Assembly (NCBI GenBank): GCA_951406725.2
Contig: OX597820.1
Location: forward strand, 47,368,001-47,432,000
DNA length: 64,000 bases
Reading direction: 5' to 3'
From: Octopus vulgaris
Taxonomy: Eukaryota
Shown here: in pieces, positions 23,398 through 37,153 of the stretch
How positions within the stretch are numbered: position 1 is the stretch's first letter
Layout: the number at the start of each line of letters is the position of its first letter
Notes under the pieces: generated by a model
Seen by the model: the letters and a program-made list of their open reading frames with translations, nothing else
Told to the model about the DNA's origin: nothing
Database searches by the model: none
Translations under genes and position numbers: made by a program

Positions 23398-23972
23398 GAA
23401 AAAACCACCTTTTATCAATTCAAAATGAACAATTAAATTACACCATCTAGAAAATTACATATAATAGAAATATTAAATATAAAATAATAATATACCGATG
23501 ATTAAGTAATGTGCAAAATAATAAATAAATCGTATATATCATGAATTGATAAAAGGTGTTTTTTTTTCTAATTTATATATATACATACAGTCTTTTCTGT
23601 TGCTTGACCATTAATACCTGCTATATCTCTCTCTCTTGCTGCCTTCGAAACACACTGCCACACATACATAGACGCACACACACATACATGAAAGCAATTT
23701 CTCACACTCAAACACTCTAGCACTCATTCTTAAAATAATTCAAATATAAACACCAGTCATACAGAATACATTCACACTCTTTGATTTTCCTGTACCCCCT
23801 TCTCCTAACCGGATTCTGACCTTGAACTATCTTAACGGACATTCTCGTCTGCTTTCACCCAGCCTGGCGTCAACGCATATAGATAGACAGTTTGTGCCAT
23901 TTATTCCATGGGCTCCTCGTGAGCGTTTGTGAAAAGCTTGCTGTGCATTTTGTTGGAGAATTAAGTTCCTGG

Positions 23973-24058
23973 ATTTTCCTGAAGAGAAGGCTGCAAAATG
24001 GACTCCTTATTCAATCCGAATTAGGGACTTTGCAGCCTTTGAAACATATGTAGAAAAT
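23973..24058 (+). ncRNA. Type I hammerhead ribozyme with extended stem II
   Basis: attttc-CTGAAGA-gaaggctgcaaa...tttgcagccttt-GAAA-catatg-TA-gaaaat: 6-bp stem I, 12-bp stem II, palindromic stem III, GUA triplet. Confidence 0.88.
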
Positions 24059-24096
24059 AATAAAAAGGAATTTTGTTAAATCTTCGTTTCTTCCTA

Positions 24097-24162
<66 letters not shown>

Positions 24163-24382
24163 TTATTTATTACACATATGTGAGTGAGAATACTTTGAGA
24201 TATTTTTGGTATCTAACATATGTCAGATACTGCGAACGCTGCTTCTGATTGGTCAATCCATGGTGATGACCCGACGTCACGGTGACGGCACTACTTTTGT
24301 CATTCATAAGTTACAACTAAACGTGAAGAATTTAGTTATTGGGTTAATAAAATATGGTCGTTTATTCGTGTGTAATAAATAA

Positions 24383-24483
24383 AATACCAAACTCATTTCC
24401 TATGGATACCGTATTTATTACAACTCGTTTACAAGCCACTCGTTGTAATAAATACGGTATCCATAGGGAACTCGTTTGGTATT
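24383..24483. repeat. Long hairpin: 26-bp perfect arms plus 10-bp outer arms
   Basis: 24399-24424 is the reverse complement of 24442-24467; aataccaaac/gtttggtatt flank them. Confidence 0.9.
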
Positions 24484-25077
24484 CTCTATATATATTCAGT
24501 CAAACTAATGCACCTGCTTGTTATTCCTGCACCTGTCTTCGTCTTTTGTTGTTTTCTGTAAATATATCCTTTTATATATGTGTGCTGCAAGATTCTTGAT
24601 GTGAAACCGTGCGTTGAAACAGATATTGTTGTATTTCGAGATAGTTATTTTTCCCTCTTTTTGCCAAATAAACAGGCGCACTATATAATTCCCTTTTCAC
24701 TCATTTATTACTGTTCTTATTCTAATTTATGTTTATCGTCCGGAAATCTTTCGTCACACCTCTGTGAACTCTTTAGCGACACTTTCTGTCTTCGTGTGTA
24801 CTCTTGCTCCGCTTTTATACATATACACACATACGCGAGTAAATATACGGGTAAAACCCTTGTGGTATGCTATATAAAGCTCGTATAAAGTCTTACTCAA
24901 AGAAGGTGCATTTCACACCTTGAATTGGTGATAATGATTACACAACATCTCACCAATGAACAAGTGTAAAAATGTGTCGAAACAATTGTAATGTTTATAG
25001 ATAATGTCTTATATATATATATATATATATATATGTTTGATTGATTTAAGTATGTTTCTCCATTTTCTAATTTTGTA

Positions 25078-25178
<101 letters not shown>

Positions 25179-25811
25179 TGTATGTGTGTATGTATATACT
25201 TACATATATATGTATATACATATGCATATATGGGTTCAGGACGTCACAGAAGGTAAACAACAGGAAATACGAAATACGAAAATATGGAATACGAACTTTT
25301 TTGCGAACAGCGAAAGAAACAATAGTATCGATAATGCCCGAAATTGCGTTTGACTCCTCTTGCTGATAACTGATGAAGAATTTGTGACCTTGTGTGTTTT
25401 CTGTTCGCCTGTGCATTTAGTATGTGTTCGTTTGTTTATTTACAATACGTTTATTTTTAATTATATATATATAGATATGTCATATTTTCCGTTTGTTGTC
25501 TTTTTATTTAATCCTGAAGATATTATTTATGTAACGCACGCACTCATTAATCTTTTACCTATATATATATGTGTGTGTGCGTGTGTATGTGTGCGTGTGT
25601 GTGTGTGTGAGTGTGTGTGTGTGTGTGTGTGCGCGCGCGCGTGTGTGTGTAGTTCAAATTTACAGAAAACAAACGACGAAGACAGGTGAAAGAACAACAA
25701 GCAGAGTTTGAAGGTTTTTTAGTTATAGAAATCGACCCCAGGACTTACTCTTTGGAACCCTAGCACTTATTCTATCGGTTTCTTTTTCCAAAACGCTAAG
25801 CTACGGGGACG

Positions 25812-25891
<80 letters not shown>

Positions 25892-26362
25892 GTAGGAGTG
25901 ACTGTGTGACAAGAAGTTTGCTGCCTGGTCACTAGGTCAAATAGATTTGGACGATGGAAATTGAAAAAAGCCCGTCGTATATACGTGTTTGTGGGCCGGA
26001 GGGGGCTAGCTTCGTGCTTGTCCCAGACAACCGCTTGTTGACTTCCTTTCCATCCCCGCAACTTAGAAGTTCGACGAAATTAACCGATAGAATATGTCGA
26101 ATGACTGAGACAAGTAAATGTTTTTTTTAGATATATCGTAGTAATATCTAATGTAGTTGTGGTTTACGACCAGTCAGGACGTTACCATTGGTTTCACACT
26201 TTTTATACTCTTAGCAATATAGACGTCTCCCACGGCTAAGAACGTAAAAGGCGCGAAAGCAAAGGTGACTCCCTGACCGGCCATACCAGCCACATAGTTT
26301 CGGGTTCATTCACACTGCGTGGCACCTTAGAACCTAGGGTTGGATTCAAAATTCTACCAGGA

Positions 26363-26404
26363 CACCTGATGAAGGCTGGAAAGTAAATCAGCCGAAATTT
26401 TGTG
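26363..26404 (+). ncRNA. Degenerate minimal hammerhead
   Basis: cac-CTGATGA-a-ggctg-gaaagtaaat-cagcc-GAAA-tt-tt-gtg; core and stem II intact, stem III not pairable. Confidence 0.5.
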
Positions 26405-26997
26405 GTAGCAACAAACAAGATGAGGACAAATATCCGTCCAATGTAAAAAATGTAAATATTGTACAGAATTCCTCATCTCTAAAATATAGAACAATTTATG
26501 ATTGTTTCAAAAATTCCATGTTGACTTAATCTTGCATCGTGTTTTTAAACGACTCCACAATTAATGATGTAGTCATATCCGTTGTACAGATACCCCGTTC
26601 ATAGAAATGATCCCTCGCAACTCTCTACAAAAAATAATATGCTGAAGTGTTTGTCTATCGCTTAAATATAGGACATTAATCAATGTTTATAGTGGACGGC
26701 ACAGCGGTCACGTTTATAAACATGATTGAAGATAAGTCAAAATGAATTTGTAGAAATAATTGTAAACTATGAAACAAAAATAATAACGCAAACTCCACTT
26801 TTCAGTGCTTATTACTTCTGTAACCCCTCAGAGGAAACATGACTCCTCCTTCACTCCTCTCCACCCTTCATTTATGGTTTGAGAATAATTCTATGATTGT
26901 TGTAAACTGGAATGGAACTTACTCTCTTTCTGCTCACATCCATTCACCATTTAATGCTACTTGCTTTGCATCTTTTAGAGAGATAGATTAGATATAA

Positions 26998-27393
26998 CTA
27001 GCAGTATCGCCCGGCGTTGCTCGGGTTTGTAAGGGAAATAACTATATGAGCATTTTTAGAGAGTTATAGCCAAAAAATAGCAAAAAAAAATGCATTAAAA
27101 ATGGAAAAAAATGATGGTAAATTTTTTTTAAATCGTTGACTCATCGTAGACATTTTTAGAGAGTTATTTCCCTTATATAATATCGAAAAAATGCATTAAA
27201 ATGGAAAAAAATGATGGTAAATTTTTTTAAATCGTAGACTCATCGTAGACGCGCGCTAATACCCAGAAGGGCTCGATATGAATCACGACTATAAGATACC
27301 CGGTTTTGGTTAAACTGCACCGCAAAATGTGGGAGTAGTTAGGAATCTAAATCGTAGGAGACAGACACACAACCTCTCTTTTATATATAAAGA
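26998..27393 (-). mobile_element. Non-autonomous Helitron
   Basis: 5' TC, 3' hairpin cccgagcaacgccggg plus CTAG, A|T insertion, internal ~100-bp duplication. Confidence 0.88.
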
Positions 27394-28752
27394 TAAACTC
27401 AAAGAGCAACTAGAAAGTGAAAGTAGTTTCTAACTTAGAATGTCTCATAGATAGTGGTGGCAATAGTGTTGGAGGTGGTAGATGTGGTTATCATGGCAGT
27501 GGTGGTGTAGTGGTGACAGTGGATGTGTATGATGGCAGAAATTATAGTGTTGGTGTTTTTGTAGAGGTGGTGGTGGTGGTGGCGGCAGTGGATGATGATG
27601 ATAATGATGATGATAGTAGTAGTAGCATTGATTATGTTAGGATATCTCATGGATGGTAGAGTTGAAGACATTGCAGAGTGTAGTGGTGGTGAAATTGGTG
27701 ATTTTGAATATGATGCTGGTATTGATCTTGGGGTTGTGGTTGCAGAAGATGGTTGTGGTGGTGGCATTCGAGGTTGTAGTAATGGTTGTAGTGGTGGTTG
27801 TGAAGATGATTCTGATATTGATAGTCTTTGCATTGAGGTGGTGGCAGAGTCAGAGTAAATAATAAGAGCCGAGTTAACACAAGATTCTTAAATTTCGGAG
27901 ATCATAAGATAGAGAGCAAGAAGTTAAAAGTTCCAATACTGGCCCAATACCTACACCCCAGATTCTTCAACTATTTTATAAGAAAGGGGTTAATGGCAGG
28001 ATAGGGATTCAGCTTTAAAATAAATTGTATAACAAAAAATACATAAATAAATTACTGCTCCAACGATGTAATTTTAGTATGTGTGTATGTATGTATGTGT
28101 GTGTGTGTGTAAGCAATGCAAACAATGGAAAATAATTTAAACACTCATTTTCTGATGTCTAAGGATGGATATTTATGCGTATGAATATTTTTCTTTTTAT
28201 TTTCTTTGAAATATAATTCTAGGGAACTGAAAAAGCTGTGTACGATGCCAAGCGAATTTAGCTATTTACGATGAGCGGATGTTTACGTTACAAACGAATC
28301 TGTAGGTCTGTTTACATGTTTACGTTAACTACGTCACAAAATAGCTGTTTACGTCACAGTAACAATATTTTGAGAGGCAGTAAATAATATGAGGTCGAAA
28401 GAAAGAATATCATTGGTTAAAATTCGAATTATTAAACAACGTTAAACTTAGAAATTACAATTCCGTTTTCATTTTGGTTTACAATTATGTTTTCTTTTGA
28501 CACATTCTACCAGTATACGAAGTTTCAAATTGTTTAGTTAACTAAGAAAATCTGGCCTTCAAACTGAAAAGATCCTTTCCTTTTTATATAGATTAGTCTG
28601 AAATTGTCGAATACATTTCTTCGCAAATTAGGTAATTTCGGAGTTGGTCTGCAATCATTTATAGTTAAATGTTTCCTTTCAAAATCTTTTTAAAATGTTT
28701 TTTTATTAAACTGGACTAGTATTTCGAATGAGCAATAAATATCAAGGCAATG

Positions 28753-28866
28753 ATATCAAACAAAAATAAATCATTTTGTTCCCTTGTCAAACTTTGGACC
28801 TAACAAAAATAAATATCAAACAAAAATAAATCATTTTGTTCCCTTGTCAAACTTTGGACCTAACAA
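28753..28866. repeat. Two-copy ~60-bp tandem duplication
   Basis: atatcaaacaaaaataaatcattttgttcccttgtcaaactttggacctaacaa occurs twice. Confidence 0.9.
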
Positions 28867-30332
28867 CCTAAATGAGAAAACCGATATGACTGAACGAATT
28901 TTAAAAGGGCTTTTATTTTTAGGCTGAGGTCAAACAGGCGAATCCATCCAACCATGTCGTCAGACTTTAGCGACATCAACTACAAAGAAGAAACCAAGTA
29001 TGAAGAGTAGCCGTAGATGTTGGTCATGTTTGTTGTTCTTGTTGTTTGCTGCAACTGTTGTTGTTGTCACATAATTTTTTTTCTCTTGACGCTACTCTGC
29101 TTCAGAAGCTGGTCAGTCATAAATTCCCTTGGGAATTTTAAGCCCAGCTTCATCACTTTTATTTATTTATTTTTGTTCTTTGTTTTTGCTTTGAAACGAA
29201 ATCTAGCTTCAAGCATCTTTATACAGATAACTTTTTAGACACTATTTTCTGAAACTGGTAAAATTATGTAGGGGGTGCAAATTTTGATCTTGCACCACCT
29301 GAAAATTCCAAGGGGTGCAGGTGCACCCGCTGCACCCACTATTCCCGGGCCCTTGTCGTTGAACACAATCAGAAACGAAAACATAAAAACAAAAACATGG
29401 AAACGAACTTTTCTTTCAAACAACGTAAAAACAGACTACAAGAAATGCAACACAAGGAACATTCCCTTTCTTCAGTTGTCCCTGTTTCGTCTACTCCGCG
29501 TTTCGAAGGTAAGGACAAGACGCAACATCGTTGAAACAGTCATTCCCCGCAAAGCAAATTAAATAAAATTTGGGATTTTTTGCGGAGGGGTAAAAGTGGT
29601 AACATGAACAGGACAATAAGAACAAACAAGTCAGTAAAAACAATACAAGTAAAGACAGTAAAAGACAGGACAAAGAGAATAAAATAGTAAAAACAAACGC
29701 TGAGGGTTGTTAAGTCAAGACGATGGAAAAATTATTTTGAATCATTAAGGAGACAGCATATGAGAGGGTCAGGATAAGCCGTCTTGTCTCGATGAAGATA
29801 GCAGTTGGAAAGATGGCTTCCCTCTGGTCACGTGACAGTGACGAGAGAGTCGAGGAGGAGGAGGAGTAAGAGAGAGGGAACGGTGAAGGGGAGAGGAGAA
29901 GAATAGGGAAGGTTGGGAGAGAAAAACCAGAAATGATGAAGGTGGTACAAACTACGCTGTGTCTTTTCAATGAGCTGCTACAAAGTACTCAATAGCCGTA
30001 TAACTATTGACCTATATAAAAGTGCTTATGCATGACTATACACACACACACATGCGCGCGTGTGAATACATCAATGTGTACGTACTCGTTTTATGCCTGT
30101 TACATTTGAGCTCGATGCATGTACGCATTACATATGTACTACTCGTGTGTGTTTACACGTGCATATATATTCATATAGATATGCGCTTTCGATGCATAGG
30201 CTCGTGTGAAATGAGTGGGTTTACAGAGTCAGCTATAAAAATGGGCCAGTAGGACGCTGCAACTGTGGTGCACGAAGTGACGGCATTATCATTACGATCA
30301 TCATGATCATGAATGATTATAATCATGAGCTT

Positions 30333-30336
30333 CATG

Positions 30337-30395
<59 letters not shown>

Positions 30396-30523
30396 CATCA
30401 TCATCATCATCATCATCATCATTATTATTATTATTATTATTATCATCATCATCATCATTATTATTATTATTATTATCATTATCATCATCATCATCATCAT
30501 AATAATCATCATCATCATCATCA

Positions 30524-30578
<55 letters not shown>

Positions 30579-30640
30579 CATCATTATTATTATTATTATC
30601 ATTATCATCATTATTATTATTATTATCATTATTATTATTA

Positions 30641-30676
<36 letters not shown>

Positions 30677-30694
30677 CATCATTATTATTATTAA

Positions 30695-30740
<46 letters not shown>

Positions 30741-30750
30741 AATAATATTA
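30333..30750. repeat. (ATT)n/(ATC)n compound trinucleotide microsatellite
   Basis: Directly visible. Confidence 0.97.
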
Positions 30751-30980
30751 TGGTGGTGGCAGTGATAATAACAATAAAGCAATAAAGATAGCTGTGGCGG
30801 TGGCAGTGGGGATGTGTGATAAATTTCGATGATAATTGTAACGATATTGGAAGTGATGGCGATAGTGTTGGTGGTGGTGGTAGTAGTAGTAGTAGTTATA
30901 TCGAAGTAGGATACACATCGTATCAATATATACAACTACGCACAAACATGCATACATTGTTATATGTATACATACATACA

Positions 30981-31083
<103 letters not shown>

Positions 31084-31479
31084 GCATACATACATACATT
31101 TATATATGTATATATATACAAACAAACATACATATACATATATATACATACATACATACATACATATATATATATGTGTATGTATATATCTATGCATATA
31201 TATATACATACATATAAATACATATATATACATATATATATATGGATATATATATATATATATCCATATATATATATCCATATATACTTATATACATACA
31301 AACATACATATATATAAGTCTGTCTGTCTGTATATATATATTTATATACACATTATAATACACATAGACTTATAAACACTCATACACCTTTATATATACT
31401 CGTACGCATATTGTTATACATTCGCGCATACGTACATATCTATCTATCTATCTATCTATCTATCCATATATAAATTGGT

Positions 31480-31548
<69 letters not shown>

Positions 31549-31652
31549 CATACATGCACACATACGCATAAATATACATGCGCGGATGCACCGCCGTATG
31601 CTGCATACACACATCCACACACACATATATATATAATGTATATATAGATATG

Positions 31653-31688
<36 letters not shown>

Positions 31689-31940
31689 CATACATATCTA
31701 TATATACACATGTACACATATATATACATATTCATACATATATATATACACATATATATATACATACATACATACATGTATATATATAAATTGGTGTACA
31801 TATTTATATGTTTACATGCGTACATACACGCATACACATAAATATACATGCATGGATGCACCGTCGTATACTGCATATATATATATATATATCTATATAT
31901 TTATGTATATATATATTCACATATATACATATGCATATTC

Positions 31941-31974
<34 letters not shown>

Positions 31975-33014
31975 GCACATATATATATACATACATACAT
32001 ACATACATGCATACATACATACATACATACATATACACACACACATAGATATATATGCATAAGCGTACACCAGCAGCCACTTACTCGTTACAGCACTACA
32101 AAAGTGCACTGACTGCAGCTGACTTGCAACTGTGAAAAAATGTGGAAATGGGAGAGAGAGAGCTTGTGATGGAATGGTGGTGTGAGGAATAGAGGAGTAG
32201 GAGAGTGAGGGAATGGAAGAGTATAGGATGTTATAAGAGAGGGAGGAATGGAGAAATTTGAGAGAGAGAGAGGCAGACAGACAGGCAGAGAGTGAAAGAG
32301 AGAGAGAAAGAAAGATGGAAGATGAAGATGTTGAGCTTGTGAATTGGTAATAGAGGCGAGCGGTGAGTGGTGGAGGGATGGTAAAAGGGAGATGTGCAAG
32401 ATTTGATCAAGCGGCGTAGCGCGGAAGAAAAGAAGCGTTGTGTAGGCGTATAAGGAGGTAAAAGGGGGCGGAGATAGAATTGATAGAGAGAGAGAGGGAG
32501 AGAGAGAGAAAAAGAGAGAGAGAGAAGGAGAGAGAGAAAGAGAGAGAGAGGAAGAGAGAGAGGGAGTGTGAGTGAAAGATGCGAGAGGGGCAGTGAAGGA
32601 AGAGATTGAGCGGAGATTTGTAATGGGAGTAGGTGAATAGGGACCGTAGAGCCAGAGTACATGAATGAATAAAGAGAGAGAGAGAGAGGCGGGGAGAGAG
32701 AGAAAGAGAGTAAATAGGAAAGAAAGAGAGAGCGAGAGAGAAAGAAAGACAGCAGGAGATAAAGAGGAAGTCACAGTGGAAGAAAGAATAAGAGATTAAG
32801 AGAGGGAACAGGTTGTCTGTGTGAGCTGATGTTTGTGTTTGTGTGTATGTGTGCGTGTGTGTACGCGTGCATTCGTTTATCTCTGTGTTTTATTTACGTG
32901 TCTACTTATTCATGTGTATATGTGTATGTTCTTATGTGTCTGTGTAGAGAGTACACACTTTCTCTGATAATGAGAGAGCAGAAAACTCTTGTATAACAAC
33001 AATAAATAGAGTAA

Positions 33015-33212
33015 CATCGGTTTCGAAGTTTTGCACAAGGCCAGCAACTCCAGGAGGGGCAAGTCGATTACATCGATCCCAGTACTCAATTGGTACTTAT
33101 TTTAACGATCCCGAAACGATAAAGTCGATTTCCGCGGAATTTGAACTCAGAACGTAAAGACGGACGAAAAGCATTTTTGCCCGGCGTGCTAACAATTCTG
33201 CCAGCTCGCCGT
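33015..33212 (-). mobile_element. SINE family B
   Basis: Colinear with 43506-43720. Confidence 0.8.
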
Positions 33213-33433
33213 CTTGATATACAGAGCAATATCCACAGTTATTTATTTAGTCTTACCATAAAATTACGCCCACGCTGGAATTTTCAGCAACTTATGATCG
33301 GTTTTATTGGTACTTATTTCATCGGGTTCCACTAACCTTTCCTTAGCAATAATTATTGTACAGTAACAATATCAAAGAAAGCTACAGCTGTTGTTCATTA
33401 GCGTTTTACCGAGAATCCAGCTGAGATGACGTT

Positions 33434-34290
33434 TAACCTATTCTCGCTACAGCGGGAATACGGCGTGACAGGGTTAAGCTTATGGTTTGACACTGAAAAC
33501 AGCTTGAACGTCATTATTTCTGTCGTATAATATTAGTGTTAGTTTATGCCTTGATATAATATAGTTGTATTCTGGTTTATGACGTTTTTGTTGATGTGTT
33601 TATGTATCCTGTTATTGGAATACATTTAATTCAAGTAATACACATTATATGTGGGTTTTGTGCTTATATTAGGTGTAGTGTATGATGTGCTTACTGTACC
33701 TTATTTTTGTCTATATTGTTCCACGTTATGGTCTAATATAAGAATACCTGTAGTTATTCTGAAAATAAGATTTCTTCACGTAGAAGATATGTCTAGGAGG
33801 AACACAGCCATTTTTTAAATCCTCAGGTTAGCTGCAATCAAGAAGACCTCTGATCAAAGGTGGTTCAACCGTGACCATCCCACCTTATAACAGGCAGTGT
33901 ATTATGTACTGCTACCCGACGTGTACTTTTTTGTAAGCCAGCAGTGACAGCAAGGCGTGATTTGAGAAAAATTTGACTTATTTCTAGCAGATCGTTGGGA
34001 TTTCCTTGTTGACTCGCTACTACTGTTAATTCAAGAATCTGCATTATTTGGACGAAACTGTGACCGAAGACATATTTCGCCATTATCGTTCCTTCTTTTT
34101 CTCAGACAGAATATAAACCACATAATCCAATGTGTCCCTTTTGTCTTGAGGGTGGCATGGCAGGGTGTGATTTTGAGGGAGAGTTGGCAACTTTTTTTTT
34201 CGTAGACTATTGCATATTGCATTTCCGCAAAAAAGTCCTCGTTGGCATGTGTAGTAGGGCTGTACAGCAACGTCAAGGACAGAGTAACTA
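33434..34290 (-). mobile_element. Possible highly decayed piggyBac-like relic; related terminus at 36643
   Basis: TTAA|cc...ggg|TTAA terminus; weak peptide echoes (KKKER*WR, NDLLE, IRWDGHG) of the piggyBac C-terminal region. Confidence 0.35.
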
Positions 34291-34313
34291 CAACAAAATG
34301 ATCATAGTCGTCA

Positions 34314-34393
<80 letters not shown>

Positions 34394-34415
34394 GTCATCA
34401 TCATCATCGTCATCG

Positions 34416-34462
<47 letters not shown>

Positions 34463-34586
34463 GCCATCTTCGTCGCCATCGTTGTCGTCATCGTCGTCAT
34501 CGTTGTCGTCATCACCATCATCATCTTTGTTGTCGTCGTCGTCGTTGTCATTGTCATCGTTATAATCATTGTCATCTTCATGGAAG

Positions 34587-34619
<33 letters not shown>

Positions 34620-35729
34620 TCAGCAGCAATAGCAGCAGCAGCAGCAGCAACAACAACAACAAGAGGCCAGATTATGATTTATAAAAAACACACATTTCAA
34701 TTTTCCTCTATTGTTCGTGGAATACTGGTTCCTGTAAGTCCCACGGACACAGCGAAGCAAGGTCTCCTGTCGGTTGGCTCAGCCTGAAGAATCTATCACG
34801 TGATTCTTTCCTGCTACATTCTAATGACATGATCGTAATACCTGAGTTGTAACCCCCGCCACCACCACCACCAATGCAGCGAAGTAGTCTCTCGATCATA
34901 AAGGCTCCCTGATCTCTGAGCAACGCACCGTGTCGAGTAATGTTACTCCAGAGATCTCTCGGTTGAACTCTACTGGAAAATTTCTCAGGGATGCCTTCTG
35001 CTTGAAGAACATATAGTTAAGTGCATATGTACATGCACATGTTTATGCATACTGAGACGTGTAGATTTTTGTTTTTGTTTGGTGGATATAGAAAATATGC
35101 TAAAACACTGCTGTTACTATCCAAAGTGTATTTTACTTCACCTAAGCATACTTCAGTTGAAACCTAAGCTGCAAAAAGTGGTAACATCATTTTCATCTTC
35201 CTATCTAACGTTGTGATCTATGTTCACTGTAAACGGTTTTGTATTTAACTATTTAAGAGTTTCAAATTGAATGATGTCTCACATTAAAGCAAATCTGCTG
35301 GAAAACATGTCGCGTAGGAAAAAGGAAACTAAGAAAAAAAAAAAAGCAAAACAAAACAACTTTAAGAAATTCGTGAACATAAAATACTAATTATTGTGAA
35401 ATTACGAAAATCTTGTAAAACTACATTGATGAAAGAAAAATCCAGAAACGCATTAGTAGATGATAAGAAGCCTTTGGTTAATCCTTAAATGAATTTAAAT
35501 TGATTTTTATTCTTTCGTTATTAATCTAATTACGACATTCTCTTTATTGTTCAATGAAAATGAAAAGAAATAAAACATATATATGTTTATATATGTGTAT
35601 ATATATATGTATATATATATGTGTGTGTGTGTATACACACTTATATATATACATACACACACACACACACATATATATACATATATATATACATACATAT
35701 ATATACATATATATATATATATACATACA

Positions 35730-35765
<36 letters not shown>

Positions 35766-35913
35766 TATATACATATATATACATATATACACACACATAT
35801 ATATGTCTATATATATATATACATACATATATATATACGTATATGTATATATATGAATATATGAATATATAAATGTATATATAAATATACATATATATAT
35901 ACATATATGTATG

Positions 35914-35945
<32 letters not shown>

Positions 35946-36765
35946 TGTATGTATGTATGTATGTATGTATGTATGTATGTATGTATATATGTATGTATGC
36001 TGTGTGGGTAGGCAAGTACACCAAAATGCATTCGCAAAATACTTGATAGAACAATACAGTGCAAGCTATCAGCAGAGGCATGAGAAACACAATATACATC
36101 AGACGACCTTATATACGTATACGTGCACACATGTTGCTTTGATCATTAATCATTTACCATTGTAGAGAATTCTCTATAGTGTAGATGTGTAGTCGACTAA
36201 AGTTTTCCAATCTAGTTTTGTTTTGTGACATGTTGTGCAGTGCATTGAAATTTCTCATTGTTATAAGTGTGCGGCGAGCAGCCAGGAGAGTGTCGTACAA
36301 TTCTTGTTAAATCCTTAAAAAAAAATGTTTTAGCCCGGAGGCCGCGGCCATGCTGGGGCACCAAAATGTAATCGTAAAGTTTACAATTTTCGTCTTTGCA
36401 ATCGAATTAATAAATATCGCATAAGTCATTAGAAGTTTATTCAAGGGGCTCAACCCTATCAGATTTGGGCCTAGTGTCTAACTTTACCATCCACCTGAGC
36501 TCCCGAGCCCCCATTTCCGCCAATACATATAGCTGGATACATAGCTCAAGAGTAATGATCGACACAAACTAATGGACAGAATCAGCTGCCTCTTCTTTTC
36601 CTCTGTGAATTGCTCCTTGCCGGGAATCCAGCAGAAATAACGTTTAACCTATTCCCGCTATAGCGGGAATATGGCGTAGCAGGGTTAAACTTATAGTTTG
36701 ACGCTAAAATAACTTTTGCGTCATTATTTCTATTGTACATTATTAGCGTTAGTTTATGGTTAGAT

Positions 36766-37153
36766 GTGGAGGCGCAATGGCCCAGTGGTTAGGGCAGCGG
36801 ACTCGCGGTCATAGGATCGCGGTTTCGATTCCCAGACCGGACGTTGTGAGTGTTTATTGAACGAAAAAACACCTAAAGCTCCACGAGGCTCCGGCAGGGG
36901 ATGGTGGTGATCCCTGCTGTACTCTTTCACCACAACTTTCTCTCACTCTTATTTCCTGTTTCTGTTGTACCTGTATTTCAAAGAGCCGGCCTTGTCACTC
37001 TCTGTGTCACGCTGAGTATCCCCGAGAACTGCGTTAAGGGTACACGTGTCTGTGGAGTGCTCAGCCACTTACACGTTAATTTCACGAGCAGGCTGTTCCG
37101 TTGATTCGGATCAACCGGAACCCTCGTCGTCGTAACCGACGGAGTGCTTCCAG
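36766..37153 (+). mobile_element. Full-length tRNA-derived SINE with 10-bp TSD
   Basis: A box tggcccagtgg, B box gtttcgattcc; atggttagat at 36756-36765 and 37154-37163. Confidence 0.9.

Noticed and set aside
27420-27870. Pro/Ser/Thr-rich or Val/Gly-rich ORFs
   Set aside because: Cryptic (TGG/TGA/TAG)n simple sequence, part of an inverted repeat arm.
29470-29550. SECIS-like stem on the minus strand (ATGA-ctgtttc...gaaacag-GGA)
   Set aside because: Spacing to the AA motif and the quartet register do not fit, and there is no upstream selenoprotein ORF.
34708-35003. Open frame of ~95 codons on the minus strand with moderate GC and an upstream AG
   Set aside because: No recognisable motif or partner exon; cannot distinguish exon from TE debris without RNA-seq or BLAST.
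36766-36845. tRNA-like sequences at 36766, 52588 and 14408
   Set aside because: No closed acceptor stem; they continue into SINE bodies, two with TSDs.
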